From positions 736,001-800,000 of the forward strand of contig CAVSTP010000002.1 of NCBI GenBank assembly GCA_963730935.1: DNA of 64,000 nucleotides, read 5' to 3'. The translations under genes were made by a program, and so were the position numbers. The DNA comes from an uncultured Nitrospiraceae bacterium (GTDB taxonomy: Bacteria; Nitrospirota; Nitrospiria; Nitrospirales; Nitrospiraceae). Positions 18,305 to 28,444 of the stretch are shown here, piece after piece (the first letter of the stretch is position 1; every line of letters starts with the position of its first letter). Below the pieces are notes generated by a model. That model saw only the letters and a program-made list of their open reading frames with translations, did no database searches and had not been told where the DNA came from.

Positions 18305-19959
18305 GGAAACGGGTGAGTGCCGATCGAGGATGGTCCACAAGACCTGTCGTGCGTGTGGTCGGCGCCCTGCTGTACCTGTGGTGGGCCGCACCCCTCATCG
18401 CTCACGGAGAGCCGCAACTGTATGACAACCTTGGCACGCTTCATCATCCGATCAGCACCGCGTCGGATCCGGCGCAACGGTATTTTGACCAGGGGTTGCG
18501 GCTGGTCTATGCCTTCAATCATGAAGAAGCGATTCGCTCGTTCGAGGAAGCGGCCAAACAGGATCCAAGCGCGCCCATGCCCTACTGGGGAATCGCATTG
18601 GCGTTCGGACCGAACATCAATGCGCCCATGTCGAAGGACGACGGACGCCGGGCGGTCGAGGCCATCAAGCAGGCGCGGGCCCGTCTGTCCACCGCAACTG
18701 CGGCCGAGCGCGCCTACATCGAGGCCTTAGCGAAGCGCTACCTTGGTTCTCCTCGCGCGTCGCGCGCCGCCTTGGACAAAGCCTACGCGGACGCGATGCG
18801 GTCGATGTGGAAGACCTTTCCCGAGGACGTGGACGCCGGCGTGCTATTCGCCGAGGCCATGATGGATCTTCGGCCTTGGGACTTCTGGACCGCGGAGGGG
18901 ACACCGAAGCCCGGGACCCAAGAAATCGTCTCGACGCTCGAGGCGGTCATCGAGAGGCAGCCAGATCATCCCGGCGCCTGTCATTACTATATTCATGCCG
19001 TCGAAGCTTCGCGTGAACCGCAGCGCGCGCTGGCTTGTGCCGACCGCTTACCGGGGCTCATGCCCGGCGCAGGCCACTTGGTCCATATGCCGGCGCATAT
19101 CTACGCTCGCGTCGGGATGTATCACCAGTCATCTGAACGCAATGCCGAAGCGGCCCATGCCGATGAACGGTATCTGGCCGGTGCGCATTTGACCGGCGAA
19201 TATGCCGACGGGTATTACAGCCACAATCTCCATTTTTTGTGGTCTTCGCTCATGATGGAAGGACGTAGCGCAGAAGCCTTGAAGGCGGCGACCTCGCTCG
19301 TGTCCACCATTACGGACGAAGAAATCAAAGCGAACCGCAGCAAAGAAGCCTATCTCACGACGAAACTGTTCACTCGAATCCGTTTCGGCCATTGGGAAGA
19401 CCTGTTGCGGGAACCTCCGCCTACGAAGGGTCTGCGTCTTCTCGAGGGCGCCTGGCGACTGGGCCGTGGAATGGCCTTGGTTGCAACCGGACGCGTACCG
19501 GGCGCGGAGGGTGAGCGGCAGGCGCTGCTGACGCTCACAAAACAGTTCAGACGAAGCAGGAATCAGCAGGACAAGCTCGAGCGCGACCTTTTGAAAATCG
19601 CCGAGCGCCTGCTGGCCGGTCAAATCGCGGCTCAGCGCCGCCGCCACGATGAGGCCATCAAGACGTTGCGAGAGGCGACGAAGATCGAGGACTCATTGCA
19701 GGGCGCTGAACCGCCGCATTGGGCGCTTCCCGTTCGCCATTACCTCGGCCCAGTCTTGCTGCTCGCCGGTCGTGCGCCGGAGGCCGAAGCCGAGTACCGG
19801 GCCGACCTGAAATGGAATCCGGAAAATGGGTGGGGATTGTTTGGCTTGCTTCAAAGCCTGAAGGTTCAGCGAAAGGATGCCGACGCCGCCGAGGTCTCTG
19901 ACCGGTTCGAAAAAGCCTGGGCCCATGCCGACGTCACGCTTGCTGCCTCTCGATTCTAA
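18301..19959 (+). CDS. Exported TPR-repeat protein with His-rich motifs
   Basis: Signal-like N-terminus; AQRYFDQGL, GPNIN, HPGACHYYIHAVE, GHLVHMPAHIY; start uncertain. Confidence 0.82.
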   Translation: MRKRVSADRGWSTRPVVRVVGALLYLWWAAPLIAHGEPQLYDNLGTLHHPISTASDPAQRYFDQGLRLVYAFNHEEAIRSFEEAAKQDPSAPMPYWGIALAFGPNINAPMSKDDGRRAVEAIKQARARLSTATAAERAYIEALAKRYLGSPRASRAALDKAYADAMRSMWKTFPEDVDAGVLFAEAMMDLRPWDFWTAEGTPKPGTQEIVSTLEAVIERQPDHPGACHYYIHAVEASREPQRALACADRLPGLMPGAGHLVHMPAHIYARVGMYHQSSERNAEAAHADERYLAGAHLTGEYADGYYSHNLHFLWSSLMMEGRSAEALKAATSLVSTITDEEIKANRSKEAYLTTKLFTRIRFGHWEDLLREPPPTKGLRLLEGAWRLGRGMALVATGRVPGAEGERQALLTLTKQFRRSRNQQDKLERDLLKIAERLLAGQIAAQRRRHDEAIKTLREATKIEDSLQGAEPPHWALPVRHYLGPVLLLAGRAPEAEAEYRADLKWNPENGWGLFGLLQSLKVQRKDADAAEVSDRFEKAWAHADVTLAASRF

Positions 19960-20064
19960 AGCTTTGCCCTCCTCATCACCTCCCTCCATACGCTCGTACG
20001 GGCGCTTTTTTGACAAACGCCGCGTAAAACCGGCTACAATCTTCCCACTTTCGGGGGCAATAGG

Positions 20065-20634
20065 ATGCGTTACGTCGTTGGAGTCATGGGGCCCGCCAAG
20101 GCCAGAAGAAAAGATGTGGAAAATGCGCGTGTGCTCGGAGAACTCATTGCCAGGCGTGAGTGGGTGTTGCTCACGGGCGGCCGCGATGTGGGCGTCATGC
20201 ATGCGGCGAGTCAGGGAGCCAAGAAGGTCCCTCGCAGTTTGACGGTTGGAGTGTTGCCGACGACCAGAGACAGGATTTCCAAATATGTGGATGTGGCGGT
20301 CATCACGGAAATGGGCAACGCGAGAAACAACGTCTGCGTCCTTTCGAGTCAGGTGATCGTCGCCTGCGGCTTAGGGGGGGCAGGCACCGTGTCGGAAGTG
20401 GCGTTGGCGCTCAAGGCTGGAAAAGAAGTGGTGCTGCTCGGCGCGACGCCCGCCGAAGAGAAATTTTTCAAAAACCTGGGCGGCCGGCTCGTGTCCAGTG
20501 TGCAGACACCGGAAGATGCGATCAATGCCATCTTGAAACGTTTTGAGCGCGGCAACGGCTCGGACATGCAGGCGCCCCAACCGTGGGAGGGCAGTGGACC
20601 ATTGCAGCCATCCACCGGCAGGGAACGACCGTAG
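20065..20634 (+). CDS. LOG/SLOG family nucleotide-binding protein
   Basis: LLTGG..GVM, GNARN, GGAGTVSEVALA. Confidence 0.85.
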   Translation: MRYVVGVMGPAKARRKDVENARVLGELIARREWVLLTGGRDVGVMHAASQGAKKVPRSLTVGVLPTTRDRISKYVDVAVITEMGNARNNVCVLSSQVIVACGLGGAGTVSEVALALKAGKEVVLLGATPAEEKFFKNLGGRLVSSVQTPEDAINAILKRFERGNGSDMQAPQPWEGSGPLQPSTGRERP

Positions 20635-20677
20635 AGATGTGGAGGTGCTCGACGGAGTATCGCCGAAGGAGGAAATC

Positions 20678-21301
20678 ATGACGGCCCTGCGATGGGCGAG
20701 GACGCTCATACTGTCAGGCATTGCGATAGCAACCGCACACTTCGCCTTGGCGCAATCGACCACATCCGGAACATCCTCGATGGCCAAGGCCTATTTTGCC
20801 GGTGGATGCTTTTGGTGCATGGAGGAAGCCTTTGAGAAGGTGGATGGTGTGCTTGAGGTCGTGTCGGGATACATGGGAGGCACCGTCAAAAATCCCAGTT
20901 ACGAACAAGTCTCGGCAGGACAGACGGGACATGCGGAATCGGTCGAGGTGCGCTACGACCCGGCGAAAGTGACGTATACGCAGTTGCTGGAAGCCTTCTG
21001 GCGCAACGTCGACCCTGTGACCCCCGACGCGCAGTTCTGCGATCACGGGAATCAGTACCGGGCGGCGATTTTCTATCAGACCGAAGAAGAGAAGCGGGCT
21101 GCGGAGGAGTCGAAGCGGGCGATCGAACAATCCAAGCGGTTTTCAACGCCGATCGTCACCCAACTGACAGCCGCATCGGAATTTTATCCGGCCGAGGAGT
21201 ATCATCAGGATTTCTACAAGAAAAATCCCATTCGTTACAAATACTACAAATTCACCTGTGGCCGCGCACAGCGTCTCGAAACCTTGTGGGGCAAGTCATA
21301 A
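20678..21301 (+). CDS. msrA: Peptide-methionine (S)-S-oxide reductase, exported
   Basis: FAGGCFWC, SGYMGG, GHAE, FYPAEEYHQDFY; signal peptide; RBS AGGAGG. Confidence 0.95.
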   Translation: MTALRWARTLILSGIAIATAHFALAQSTTSGTSSMAKAYFAGGCFWCMEEAFEKVDGVLEVVSGYMGGTVKNPSYEQVSAGQTGHAESVEVRYDPAKVTYTQLLEAFWRNVDPVTPDAQFCDHGNQYRAAIFYQTEEEKRAAEESKRAIEQSKRFSTPIVTQLTAASEFYPAEEYHQDFYKKNPIRYKYYKFTCGRAQRLETLWGKS

Positions 21302-21456
21302 GCGGTGAGGATCCCTCAGCCGACTGCCTCAAAAAGGAGACGCTCGCTGCACAGTCCTGTGCAGTTAGTCGCACATGTCGAGATAGACATTCTCCACATG
21401 TTTCGCGGTCTTGCATGAAACCGATCTCGGCATGGATGTTGACCGCTTCATGAGGG

Positions 21457-22062
21457 ATGGACTGGTGGGACAACCCTATCTTTCGAAGGGCGGCTCGCAG
21501 CAGCTGCATTGGCCTCATGGCCGTGCTGATGGTCGTCCTGGCTCCGGTCGCCACGATTTCCGATTCCGAAAATCGTCTGCACTACTCGAAGCAAGACATT
21601 CGACGGGCAATCACCTTTTACGCGAAACGCTACCGTCTTGATCCTGCGTTGTTGCGCGCCGTGATCAAGGCCGAGTCGGATTTTCGTCAACACGTCGTCT
21701 CGAAGAAGGGAGCTATCGGGCTCATGCAGCTGACTCCCGACACGGCAGCGACCTTGCGGGTGGCCAATGTGTATGATTCCGTGGAAAACATCCACGGCGG
21801 CGCCAGGCAGCTCCGCCACCTGCTGAACCTCTATCAAGGGGATCTCCCACTCGCGCTGGCTGCGTACAACGCTGGTGTGCATCGCGTGAAAGGAGGCCAG
21901 GTGCCACAAATCAGAGAGACGCGGCTGTATGTGAGGAAGGTGCTCCGCTACTACCGTCAGCTGCACGCTCGGCCACGAGCACTCCGAGAACCCCCCGGCA
22001 AGTTTCTCTCTGGTCGGATTCGTTCGGCATCCCGAACGGTGGCGCGAGGGTCAGGCCATTAG
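21457..22062 (+). CDS. Lytic transglycosylase (SLT domain)
   Basis: AESDF, GAIGLMQL, ALAAYNAG, ETRLYV. Confidence 0.92.
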   Translation: MDWWDNPIFRRAARSSCIGLMAVLMVVLAPVATISDSENRLHYSKQDIRRAITFYAKRYRLDPALLRAVIKAESDFRQHVVSKKGAIGLMQLTPDTAATLRVANVYDSVENIHGGARQLRHLLNLYQGDLPLALAAYNAGVHRVKGGQVPQIRETRLYVRKVLRYYRQLHARPRALREPPGKFLSGRIRSASRTVARGSGH

Positions 22063-22421
22063 GGGTTGACCTTCATCAAGATAGACCGGAGCCGTTCGCG
22101 CTGTGCGGGCCTGATCCCGGTGAATTCCATTCCAAAGCTTTGGCCATCCACCCATCGGACCACCGCATGATCAATCCGTAACGGCCACTGTTGATCCTGG
22201 AGAAACAACGACAATTTCAGCGATTGGCCGACTTTCACTTCCGTGAGGGACGTCGCCTTGCAGCCGTTCGTGGAAATGTCCAAGACCGTGGCTTCGCCCT
22301 CGAATTCCCCCTCGCCGAAAAAGAACAGACGACGATTCATCGTGAGCCGTCGGCCACGCCGCTCGAAGAGTGGGTCTTCCTCGGGGCTCTGGGGCCTCTG
22401 ATCCTGCGTCGTCTTACTCAT
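22059..22421 (-). CDS. PilZ domain protein
   Basis: RRGRR (RxxxR), DISTNG, VVRW...FGMEF. Confidence 0.88.
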   Translation of the reverse strand: MSKTTQDQRPQSPEEDPLFERRGRRLTMNRRLFFFGEGEFEGEATVLDISTNGCKATSLTEVKVGQSLKLSLFLQDQQWPLRIDHAVVRWVDGQSFGMEFTGIRPAQRERLRSILMKVNP

Positions 22422-22657
22422 TCGATCAACCCTCAGCATTCCTTTTCACTGGTAAATACACCAGGAGTTACATTTAGTATAGAAGATTGATTTTTAAATG
22501 CATTCCCCATGAGCATTACCTCGAATGGGCTAACAGTGACTCTAGCACGCGAAGAGATCACTTCCCAGAAAATACGTAAGGTAAGCGGGAAGCGGCAATA
22601 AGGGCGGGCCGAACCGCTTGACGGACTTGGGATTGCTCTGCGACAAGGGTATTCAAC

Positions 22658-23830
22658 GTGAGTGCATTGATGGATGCTAAGCGGACCAATCAACGAATGG
22701 CCGAGTTAGGCCACTCCGAAATCCGGGCGATGACCCAGGCATGCGTGGCGGCGGGAGGCCTCAACATGGCGCAGGGCGTTTGCGATACGCCTGTCCCGCC
22801 TGTCGTGCTCGCAGCCGCAGCGGAGGCGATGGCCCGCGGGAAGAATACGTATTCTCGTTTTGACGGGTTACCCGAACTCCGGGCGGCGCTGGCGCTCAAA
22901 CTGGCACGGGACAACGACATTCACGCCGATCCCGAGACCGATATTACGGTCAGCGCCGGCGCCACCGGTTCGTTTCACGCCGCTTGTCTGGCCCTGCTGA
23001 ATCCGGGCGACGAGGTCATCCTGTTTGAACCCTTCTATCAATATCATGTGAGCGCGTTGCGGGCCGTCGAAGCGGTTCCAGTCATCGCAACACTTGCGGC
23101 TCCCGACTGGACGCTGGCTCCGGACGCCGTCGACCGCGCCGTCACTCCTCGGACCAAGGCCATCATTGTCAACTCACCGGGGAATCCGTCGGGAAAGGTC
23201 TTCACGAGGGAAGAACTGGAAGGCATCGCTCAGATCGCGCTGCAGCATGACCTCTTGGTCTTTACGGACGAGATCTACGAGTATTTTCTCTACGATGGTC
23301 GCCGCCACGTGAGCATGGCGTCCTTGCCCGGGATGGCGGAGCGGACCATTACTATCGGCGGCTATTCCAAAACCTTTAGCATCACCGGCTGGCGCATTGG
23401 CTACAGCGTGGCAGCGCCGCGGTGGGCGCAAGCCATCGGCGCAATGAACGACCTGCTCTACGTCTGCGCACCCACGCCCCTGCAGGCAGGCGTGGCGGCG
23501 GGCATTGAAGAACTGCCGGACGCGTTCTATCGCCAACTGGCGAAGGAGTACCAGCACAAACGCGATCGCTTCTGCGCAGCCTTGGCCCAAGCAGGACTGC
23601 CGCCCGCGGTCCCACAAGGCGCCTATTATGTGCTGGCCGATGCGACAAGGCTGCCCGGCAAGAACGGCAAGGACCGCGCCATGCATGTCCTCAAGACCGC
23701 CGGCGTAGCCGGAGTCCCCGGTGAAGCATTTTTTTCCGGACGCGACGGATCGCGCTACATCCGCTTCAGTTATGCGAAGACCGATGCAGATATCCACGAA
23801 GCCTGTCGGCGCATCGCGCGCCTTTCTTGA
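22658..23830 (+). CDS. PLP-dependent aminotransferase class I/II
   Basis: NPGDEV, NSPGNPSG, DEIY, SKTFSITGWRIG. Confidence 0.93.
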   Translation: MSALMDAKRTNQRMAELGHSEIRAMTQACVAAGGLNMAQGVCDTPVPPVVLAAAAEAMARGKNTYSRFDGLPELRAALALKLARDNDIHADPETDITVSAGATGSFHAACLALLNPGDEVILFEPFYQYHVSALRAVEAVPVIATLAAPDWTLAPDAVDRAVTPRTKAIIVNSPGNPSGKVFTREELEGIAQIALQHDLLVFTDEIYEYFLYDGRRHVSMASLPGMAERTITIGGYSKTFSITGWRIGYSVAAPRWAQAIGAMNDLLYVCAPTPLQAGVAAGIEELPDAFYRQLAKEYQHKRDRFCAALAQAGLPPAVPQGAYYVLADATRLPGKNGKDRAMHVLKTAGVAGVPGEAFFSGRDGSRYIRFSYAKTDADIHEACRRIARLS

Positions 23831-23883
23831 GCAAGGGCTTTGAGAGCTTGTCCGGATCATCCTCCCGTGATATGAACAGACCT

Positions 23884-24342
23884 ATGCGCCACGCGAAGTG
23901 GAATCTCGCCTTGTCGGCCTTCCTATTCTTGTCGGCCACGGCATGCACCACCCCCTCAGGCCACGAGGGAGTCGTGCCGCCGCTCATCATGCCTTCGGGA
24001 GCGCAGGAGGATCGCCGCGTGTTGGCGGGCGAGTGGGATTATGAAGAGGACGCGGTCGTGACCGTGACCCTCGACGAGCAGGGAAACGGCACGTATCCTT
24101 GGAAGGGCGGCCGGTTCGAAACGCATTCGCTGTCGGACCATACTTGGCACGGGAAGTGGATACAGGAAGACAACGACCGCGAGGGAGGCTTTACCGTGCA
24201 GTTGTCTCCGGATTTCTCGAGGGGCGAAGGCCGCTGGTGGTACACAAGAATTGAGAACGATCTGGAACCGACACAAAAGGGCGGGACGTTCCAGATGACG
24301 AAAAAATCTTCCGCGGTGAATGGTACTCCTCCCACTCCCTGA
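23884..24342 (+). CDS. Hypothetical lipoprotein (Trp/Gly-rich beta domain)
   Basis: Lipobox ATAC; LAGEW, WHGKW, GEGRWW. Confidence 0.7.
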   Translation: MRHAKWNLALSAFLFLSATACTTPSGHEGVVPPLIMPSGAQEDRRVLAGEWDYEEDAVVTVTLDEQGNGTYPWKGGRFETHSLSDHTWHGKWIQEDNDREGGFTVQLSPDFSRGEGRWWYTRIENDLEPTQKGGTFQMTKKSSAVNGTPPTP

Positions 24343-24344
24343 CC

Positions 24345-24659
24345 ATGCAAGAACGCAAGCACGTCCGGTTTGCGGTGCAACGGCCCGTGTCCTTTCGTGG
24401 AGATCTCGTGGCCGGCACCGGCACTATCCTCAATATTTCCCGGCAAGGGTGTGCCATTGTCTCCGACACCGTCGCGGAAACCCAGGCATATCTCCAACTG
24501 CAAGTGCAGCTGCTTGAGGAAGAGGAACCGGTGAAGGTGGATCTGGCCGCGGTGCGCTGGTCGAGCGCCAGGAGGTTCGGCGTGGAATTCATCAAGATGC
24601 AGCAGGATGTAGGGGAACGGCTCAGGCAGTTCGTCAAGCTGCTGGAAGCGGAAGGGTAA
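24345..24659 (+). CDS. PilZ domain protein
   Basis: RKHVR, NISRQG, AVRW...FGVEF. Confidence 0.9.
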   Translation: MQERKHVRFAVQRPVSFRGDLVAGTGTILNISRQGCAIVSDTVAETQAYLQLQVQLLEEEEPVKVDLAAVRWSSARRFGVEFIKMQQDVGERLRQFVKLLEAEG

Positions 24660-24675
24660 GCAACGGCCGCGGCCG

Positions 24676-26430
24676 CTACTTCATCGCGACAGCTCTCACC
24701 TGTTCGAAGGTCGTGAGTCCGCCGAGGGCTTTGAGAATCCCGTCCTGCATCAGCGTAATCATGCCCTCCTTTTTTGCCAGGCTGGTCATGTCCGCGGTTT
24801 TCGCCCGGTTCTGAATCATGGTCTTCATTTCATCGGTTCCCTGCAAGAGTTCGTGCAGCGCGACCCGTCCCTTGAACCCCGTCTGACGGCAGTGGTCGCA
24901 GCCGCGGCCTCGATAGAGCCGAAATTTGTCATCATAGGCAGGCAGTTTCATGGTTTCCCACGAGGCCGGCCCGTACTCGCGCAGGATCTTGTCATAGTCC
25001 TGCATGGACGGATGATACGGCTCTTTGCAATGGGTGCAAAGCCGCTTGCAGAGACGCTTTGCCAGGATGCCTTGCATGGCGTCGGCAAAGTTGAAGGGAT
25101 CGCATCCCAGATCGAGGAGGCGGATCACCGTTTCGACCGCGCTGTTGGTGTGCAGCGTACTCAACACGAGATGTCCCGTCAGCGACGCCTCGACGGCGAC
25201 GTCCGCAGTTTCCCTGTCGCGCATCTCACCGATCATGATGACATCCGGATCCGCGCGGAGAAACGACCGCATGGCCGCTGCGAAAGTAAAGCCGATCTTT
25301 GGCAGCACCTGGACCTGTCTGAGGCCTTCCTGCGTGATTTCGATCGGATCCTCGGCGGTCCAGATTTTTCGGGCATCCGTATTTAAACGATGCAGCACCG
25401 CATGGAGGGTCGTCGTTTTTCCTGATCCCGTTGGGCCGACGCACAAAATGATGCCATGCGGCTTTTCGATAATTTCCAGGAGGGCGGTAAGGGTCGACGG
25501 CGCAAATTCCATCGATTCCAGCGGCATGGGTTCTTTCGCGGTGAGGAGTCGCATCACGATATCTTCGTTGTTGCCGGCGGTCGGTAGCGTTGCGACCCTG
25601 ACTTCGATCTCCTTGTCGCGGTTCAGCTTGAACCGAAGTTTGCCGTCTTGCGGTTTCCGGCGTTCGGCGATGTCCAGGCTTGACATGATCTTGATGCGTG
25701 ACACCAGCGCGCGGCGATAGGTAGCCGGAATCCGCATGTAGGTTGAACAGGTCCCGTCGACGCGGAACCGGATCGCCGTTTCCTTGCGGTCGGAGTACGG
25801 TTCGATGTGGATGTCAGACGCCTCGTGCCGGTAGGCCTCGGCAATAATTTGGTTGGCCAGTCGGACAATGGCGGAGTCGTTCTCGTCAATTTCGTCGATG
25901 TCGGCGTCCGAGGATTCCTCGATTCTGGCGTCATGAACGAGCTCGCCAAGGGTATCCTCAATCGATCCGGTCTCGGTCATTCCGAGCGTCGATTGCAGGA
26001 AGCGCTTGATATCGCACTTCAGGCTTACCGCGTACCGGATCGTCATACCGGGAAATGCCCGCTGAATGTCATGTCCCCTGACGATGTCATGCGGGTCGTC
26101 GATGAGCACGTCCAGGACGCTCCCGTATGTTTTCAACGGCAGCCAGGAATGTTTCCACAGGTAGTCGTGGCTCAGATCTTTTGTGAGTTGGGGATCGACG
26201 ATCGTTTTTTCATCAAAGGGAATGTAGGGGCAGTCGAAAAACTTACTCAGCGCTCTGCCGAGCGCCGCTTTGGGCACCCGATACTTTTCGAGCAACACCT
26301 GTTCCAGATCGACGCCCTGCTGGAGGGAATCCTGCACCGCTTTGATCAGATCGCCCTGGCGGATAAAGCTTTCATCGATCAGAAGATCGAAGGCGCGCGG
26401 GTCGGTCGTTCTGCTTACTGTCTTCTGCAT
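24676..26430 (-). CDS. GspE/PilB family secretion/pilus ATPase
   Basis: ASDIHIEP, GPTGSGKTTT, EDPIE, DPDVIMIGEMRD, TGHLVLSTLH, CxxC zinc site. Confidence 0.93.
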   Translation of the reverse strand: MQKTVSRTTDPRAFDLLIDESFIRQGDLIKAVQDSLQQGVDLEQVLLEKYRVPKAALGRALSKFFDCPYIPFDEKTIVDPQLTKDLSHDYLWKHSWLPLKTYGSVLDVLIDDPHDIVRGHDIQRAFPGMTIRYAVSLKCDIKRFLQSTLGMTETGSIEDTLGELVHDARIEESSDADIDEIDENDSAIVRLANQIIAEAYRHEASDIHIEPYSDRKETAIRFRVDGTCSTYMRIPATYRRALVSRIKIMSSLDIAERRKPQDGKLRFKLNRDKEIEVRVATLPTAGNNEDIVMRLLTAKEPMPLESMEFAPSTLTALLEIIEKPHGIILCVGPTGSGKTTTLHAVLHRLNTDARKIWTAEDPIEITQEGLRQVQVLPKIGFTFAAAMRSFLRADPDVIMIGEMRDRETADVAVEASLTGHLVLSTLHTNSAVETVIRLLDLGCDPFNFADAMQGILAKRLCKRLCTHCKEPYHPSMQDYDKILREYGPASWETMKLPAYDDKFRLYRGRGCDHCRQTGFKGRVALHELLQGTDEMKTMIQNRAKTADMTSLAKKEGMITLMQDGILKALGGLTTFEQVRAVAMK

Positions 26431-26621
26431 CGGCCAATGGTTCAAGGAATGAAGAACGAATATGATGGACGGCCGTGGAGGCCCCGGGCGCCCTAAAACA
26501 GCTCTTCAGGACGCGCCCAACGCCGTTCCTCACGCCGCCTTTGAATAGAACCGAGTATACGGGTCCAGCGTCGATCCTCAATGAATAAGTGAAAAGGAAC
26601 AGCGCTGTTGGGAGGAAGTCG

Positions 26622-27515
26622 CTAGGAAAGCGTGGAACCACGGGTCGGAGGATTGACGAGCTCGAAAAGAGCCGAATAATCCAGGTCGCCCAAGCCTTGT
26701 TTGATGGCGCGCTCGAGAAGCAACGGCAACCCTTCCAGCGCGTCCGTCGTCAACCCGCGTGACGCGGCCTCTTGGCAAAACAGCCTCACATCCTTGAGGA
26801 GATGGCGGGTCGAAAAGTTCGGGTGCTGGTAATCACGCTTCAGGAGACGCGGCAGCTTCTTATCGAACGCCGGCGCATAGAGAGCGCTCTCACGGAGAAT
26901 GGCCATGAACGTTTCCACGGCGACCCCCGAACGTTGGACCAATCCGAGGCTCAAGGCAAACGCCGACGTCTCGGCCGCGATGAGGTGGTTCAGCGCCAGC
27001 TTGAGGGCTGCCGCGCTGCCCACCGGACCAATGTGCCGAGGCTCGCGTCCCAGCGAGCGAAAGAGTGAGGACCATGTCGCGAACTGCGCATCCGTGCCGC
27101 CCACCATGACAAACAGCATTCCCGCCTTCGCTTCGGCCAAACTCCCGAGGACCGGCGCTTCGCAGTAGGCGCCTCCCTGTTGTTCAACCTCGCGCTGTAT
27201 CTCCAAACTTTCGTTCGGGGCGATGGTGCCCATTTGCACGATCGTTTTGCCCTTGAGCGCGGCCGAGCAGGCAGGAGTGAACAGCATGGAGCGGATCGCA
27301 GTAGTATCCGTCAACAGCAGGAGTGCGCAGTCGGCCTGACGCACGGCGAGCTCGGCAGCGCCCACGACTGCGATCCCTTGGGTCTGAAGCGGCAGTGCCT
27401 TGGTAGAGGTGCGGTTGAAGGCAACCACCGTATGTCCGACCGCATGCAAACGCTCAGCGATGGCGCTGCCCAGGAGACCTGTTCCCAATAGAGCGATCGT
27501 CGATCGAGACGTCAT
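26622..27515 (-). CDS. NAD(P)-dependent oxidoreductase, 3-hydroxyisobutyrate/6PGD family
   Basis: LLGTGLLG, FNRT, EAPVLGS, LKLALN, LLKDV. Confidence 0.9.
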   Translation of the reverse strand: MTSRSTIALLGTGLLGSAIAERLHAVGHTVVAFNRTSTKALPLQTQGIAVVGAAELAVRQADCALLLLTDTTAIRSMLFTPACSAALKGKTIVQMGTIAPNESLEIQREVEQQGGAYCEAPVLGSLAEAKAGMLFVMVGGTDAQFATWSSLFRSLGREPRHIGPVGSAAALKLALNHLIAAETSAFALSLGLVQRSGVAVETFMAILRESALYAPAFDKKLPRLLKRDYQHPNFSTRHLLKDVRLFCQEAASRGLTTDALEGLPLLLERAIKQGLGDLDYSALFELVNPPTRGSTLS

Positions 27516-28315
27516 GGCCGGTTCTGCTTCAGCCTGGCACGATCAGCATGCGTTTGCAGGAACGGACGCAATTCGGCTCCTGCCGTCGCAGAGACGGCGA
27601 TCACGCCTCGGAACCGGGGAGTGGCCTGGTTGAAGAGAAAGGGGCGGCCCTCCGCATCGGCGACCGTGCCGCCGCTTTCCTGGACGAGGAGGACGCCGGC
27701 GACCAAATCCCATTCATTCTCCGGCTCGATCGTGAGCGTGGCTTGCACGCGACCTACCGCGACCACCGCCATGGCATAGGCGATCGATAGCATCGGCCTG
27801 CATTGGATCCGGCCATCGAAATCCGCCCAGCGGCCTCCTCGATATTCCCACGGGCTTACGAGCACCTGCGACCGCTCGTCGACCGGCGCCGCGGGACTCA
27901 CGGGTCGGCCGTTCAGGCGGAGCCCCTGACCGACAGTCGCCGTAAACAGCTCGTCAGTGGACGGATTAAAAATGGCGCCAAGCACAGGCACCCCGGCTTC
28001 GACCAGTCCGACAGAGATGCAATACTCCGGCAATTTATTGACGTACGCTTTCGTGCCGTCGATCGGATCGACGATCCACACACGCGCCTTTTCCAGTCTG
28101 GCGGGATCGTCCGGCGACTCCTCGGACAGCCATCCGTCGTCGGGGAAGTAGGTTTCCTGCATCTCATGGAGGACCCGGTTGACCTCGAGATCGGCCGTGG
28201 TCACCGGCGAGCGATCCTTCTTGATCTGAATCTCGAATCCCTGCCGGGCTAGGTCCATCGCCCGTTTGCCGGCTTCCCTGATCGCGCTGCTCACTCGAGC
28301 AAGTTCTCGTTCCAT
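27512..28315 (-). CDS. 3'(2'),5'-bisphosphate nucleotidase CysQ / inositol monophosphatase family
   Basis: SPVTTAD, LSEE, WIVDPIDGT, EWDLVAG. Confidence 0.9.
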   Translation of the reverse strand: MERELARVSSAIREAGKRAMDLARQGFEIQIKKDRSPVTTADLEVNRVLHEMQETYFPDDGWLSEESPDDPARLEKARVWIVDPIDGTKAYVNKLPEYCISVGLVEAGVPVLGAIFNPSTDELFTATVGQGLRLNGRPVSPAAPVDERSQVLVSPWEYRGGRWADFDGRIQCRPMLSIAYAMAVVAVGRVQATLTIEPENEWDLVAGVLLVQESGGTVADAEGRPFLFNQATPRFRGVIAVSATAGAELRPFLQTHADRARLKQNRP

Positions 28316-28444
28316 AGGGTCAGGGTAGCAGGTCTGTCGGTGCCGGAAAAGTACAACCTGGCGGCTCCTTCCAGATTCCCCTTGACCCCTTCAACGAACC
28401 TGCGTACAAGCCTGCCTCAAGCCGTTCGACCACAATTGCCTCCT

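Noticed and set aside
21428..21442. Sigma54-like CGGCATGGATGTTGA upstream of the transglycosylase
   Set aside because: The -12 element lacks the conserved GC and sits very close to the start codon; too weak to call.
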